NCBI RefSeq assembly: GCF_006345805.1
Contig: NW_021828613.1
Location: 1 to 8,025, forward strand
Length of the DNA stretch: 8,025 bases
DNA from: Octopus sinensis
Taxonomy: Eukaryota
Direction: 5' to 3'
Part shown: positions 7,072 to 8,025 of the stretch, piece by piece
Position numbering within the stretch: the stretch's first letter is position 1
How the letters are laid out: each line of letters starts with the position of its first letter
Notes under the pieces: model-generated
Database searches by the model: none
What the model was told of the DNA's origin: nothing
Seen by the model: the letters and a program-made list of their open reading frames with translations, nothing else
Position numbers and translations under genes: made by a program

Positions 7072-7380
7072 CGAAGACCATGTACTGCAATAGGTTGGGA
7101 TTCAAGGGGCCACAGCTATTTAACTCCTCGCCAAAACATCTGAGCGATCTCTATGGAGTGGGAGTAGATGTTTTCAAGACACAACCTGGCCTCCTGCTAT
7201 CCAAGATCCCAGAGGAGTCAATATCAAGGCGGTAAACTCAAAACAGGGCAGCAATATTGAAATCACTCCTTCACCAAAAGCCAATCCCATAGAATTATTC
7301 AATTAAAAGGTGATTGCACTGGCGGTGCCCCGGCATGGCTGCAGCCTCAGGGCTGAGATGTATAAAAGAATAAAAGAATA
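7072..7380 (+). mobile_element. 5'-truncated CR1/L2-group LINE: decayed ORF2 C-terminus, 3' UTR and (AAAAGAAT)2 tail
   Basis: One frame reads KTMYCNRLGFKGPQLFNSSPKHLSDLYGVGVDVFKTQPGLLLSKIPEESISRR*TQNRAAILKSLLHQKPIP* (internal TAA 7233-7235, TAG 7290-7292). This fits the invertebrate CR1/L2-group ORF2 tail pattern F.GP.LFN.LP...R......VD.FK..LD..L..VPD.P.....RAA..NSL..Q, and it ends in a short tandem tail. Confidence 0.75.
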
Positions 7381-7404
7381 TATACACACAAATATTCTTA
7401 CTCG

Positions 7405-7439
7405 TGCACACACGCACGCATGCACACACACACACACAC
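7405..7439. repeat. (CA/CG)n microsatellite
   Basis: Directly visible. Confidence 0.9.
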
Positions 7440-7630
7440 GTTCACTCTCATGTATAAGTGTCAGTAACAGATGAACATGGGTAAAATAAAATAAATTAAA
7501 TTGATAAATTAAAAAATATAAGAACATAATGAGCGCCTAGTATGTTCTAACAGATAATGATTAGATGAAAATTCACACACACATCTAAAAATAAGCTCAT
7601 ATTCATATATTCATAAACACAACCGGACGA

Positions 7631-7733
7631 ATGTGCATTCAGATGTGCATTACATGTGCATTACATGTGCATTTACATGTGCATTACATGTGCATTCAGA
7701 TGTACATTACATGTGCATTACATGTGCATTCAG
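7631..7733. repeat. Minisatellite of nine 11-12-bp units (ATGTGCATTAC / ATGTGCATTCAG)
   Basis: Unit order A-B-B-B(+T)-B-A-B(G>A)-B-A, where A=ATGTGCATTCAG and B=ATGTGCATTAC. Confidence 0.95.
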
Positions 7734-7910
7734 ATATCTATTTGTCTGAAAGCAAACGGTATACTCAGCAGTACCTATATTGGCTGTTGGAGGTGGCAGT
7801 CAGCGGGAATAAGCGTGTGCGTGTTACTTTCAGCGCGCCTGAAAATAATATACACTTTTAATGCAGTATGTAACAGTATGTAAATGTATATGGACGCTGA
7901 CTCAATCACA

Positions 7911-7942
7911 ATATATATATATATATTATATATATATATATA
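7911..7942. repeat. (TA)n microsatellite
   Basis: Directly visible; abuts the 3' tail of the SINE at 7941-8025. Confidence 0.95.
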
Positions 7943-8025
7943 CTCTTTTAATCTTTTACTATTTCAGTCATCTGACTGCGGCCATGCTGGAGCACCGCCT
8001 TTATCGAGAAACTCTACCCCGGGAC
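7941..8025 (-). mobile_element. 3' end of an octopus SINE of the same family as 490-841; continues beyond the window
   Basis: Minus strand GTCCCGGGGTAGAGTTTCTCGATAAAGGCGGTGCTCCAGCATGGCCGCAGTCAGATGACTGAAATAGTAAAAGATTAAAAGAGTA matches the recalled SINE 3' consensus and the in-window tails at 490-543 and 7321-7380. Confidence 0.8.

Noticed and set aside
6137-7235. Twin ORFs beginning MNSVSGKPF (6137-6373 minus, 6954-7235 plus) as paralogous genes
   Set aside because: Both start at TTG within the inverted-repeat arms. The plus-strand one is a chance in-frame fusion of the arm with the decayed LINE ORF2 remnant.
1-8025. A prokaryotic or phage system (operon, CRISPR array, defence island)
   Set aside because: No long ORFs, no gene-dense layout and no repeat-spacer array; the content is animal SINEs, LINEs and microsatellites.

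Overview
This is AT-rich, microsatellite-dense eukaryotic DNA, almost certainly intergenic or intronic. The interspersed repeats closely resemble ones I recall from Octopus genomes. That assignment and all family names come from memory, not from a database search. I find no prokaryotic operon, CRISPR array, rRNA or true tRNA gene, and no recognisable host protein-coding gene. Most ORFs in the supplied track are translations of simple repeats. The window holds three tRNA-derived SINE copies and two decayed LINE 3' ends: an R4/Dong-type restriction-like-endonuclease element at 3239-3567 and a CR1/L2-group element at 7072-7380. It also holds several less certain repeat fragments and roughly 1.1 kb of di-, tri- and tetranucleotide microsatellites. 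Structure not explained by these: a 161-bp near-complete foldback with perfect 43-bp arms (2210-2370); a 128-bp, 96%-identical inverted repeat pair (6256-6383 / 6944-7071) that encloses a SINE and abuts the LINE 5' junction; a 53-codon ORF below the track cutoff resembling a signal peptide plus cationic amphipathic helix (1771-1932); an 11/12-bp minisatellite producing phased E-boxes (7631-7733); and an exact 38-bp tandem duplication (3982-4059). These are candidates to check, not demonstrated new systems.
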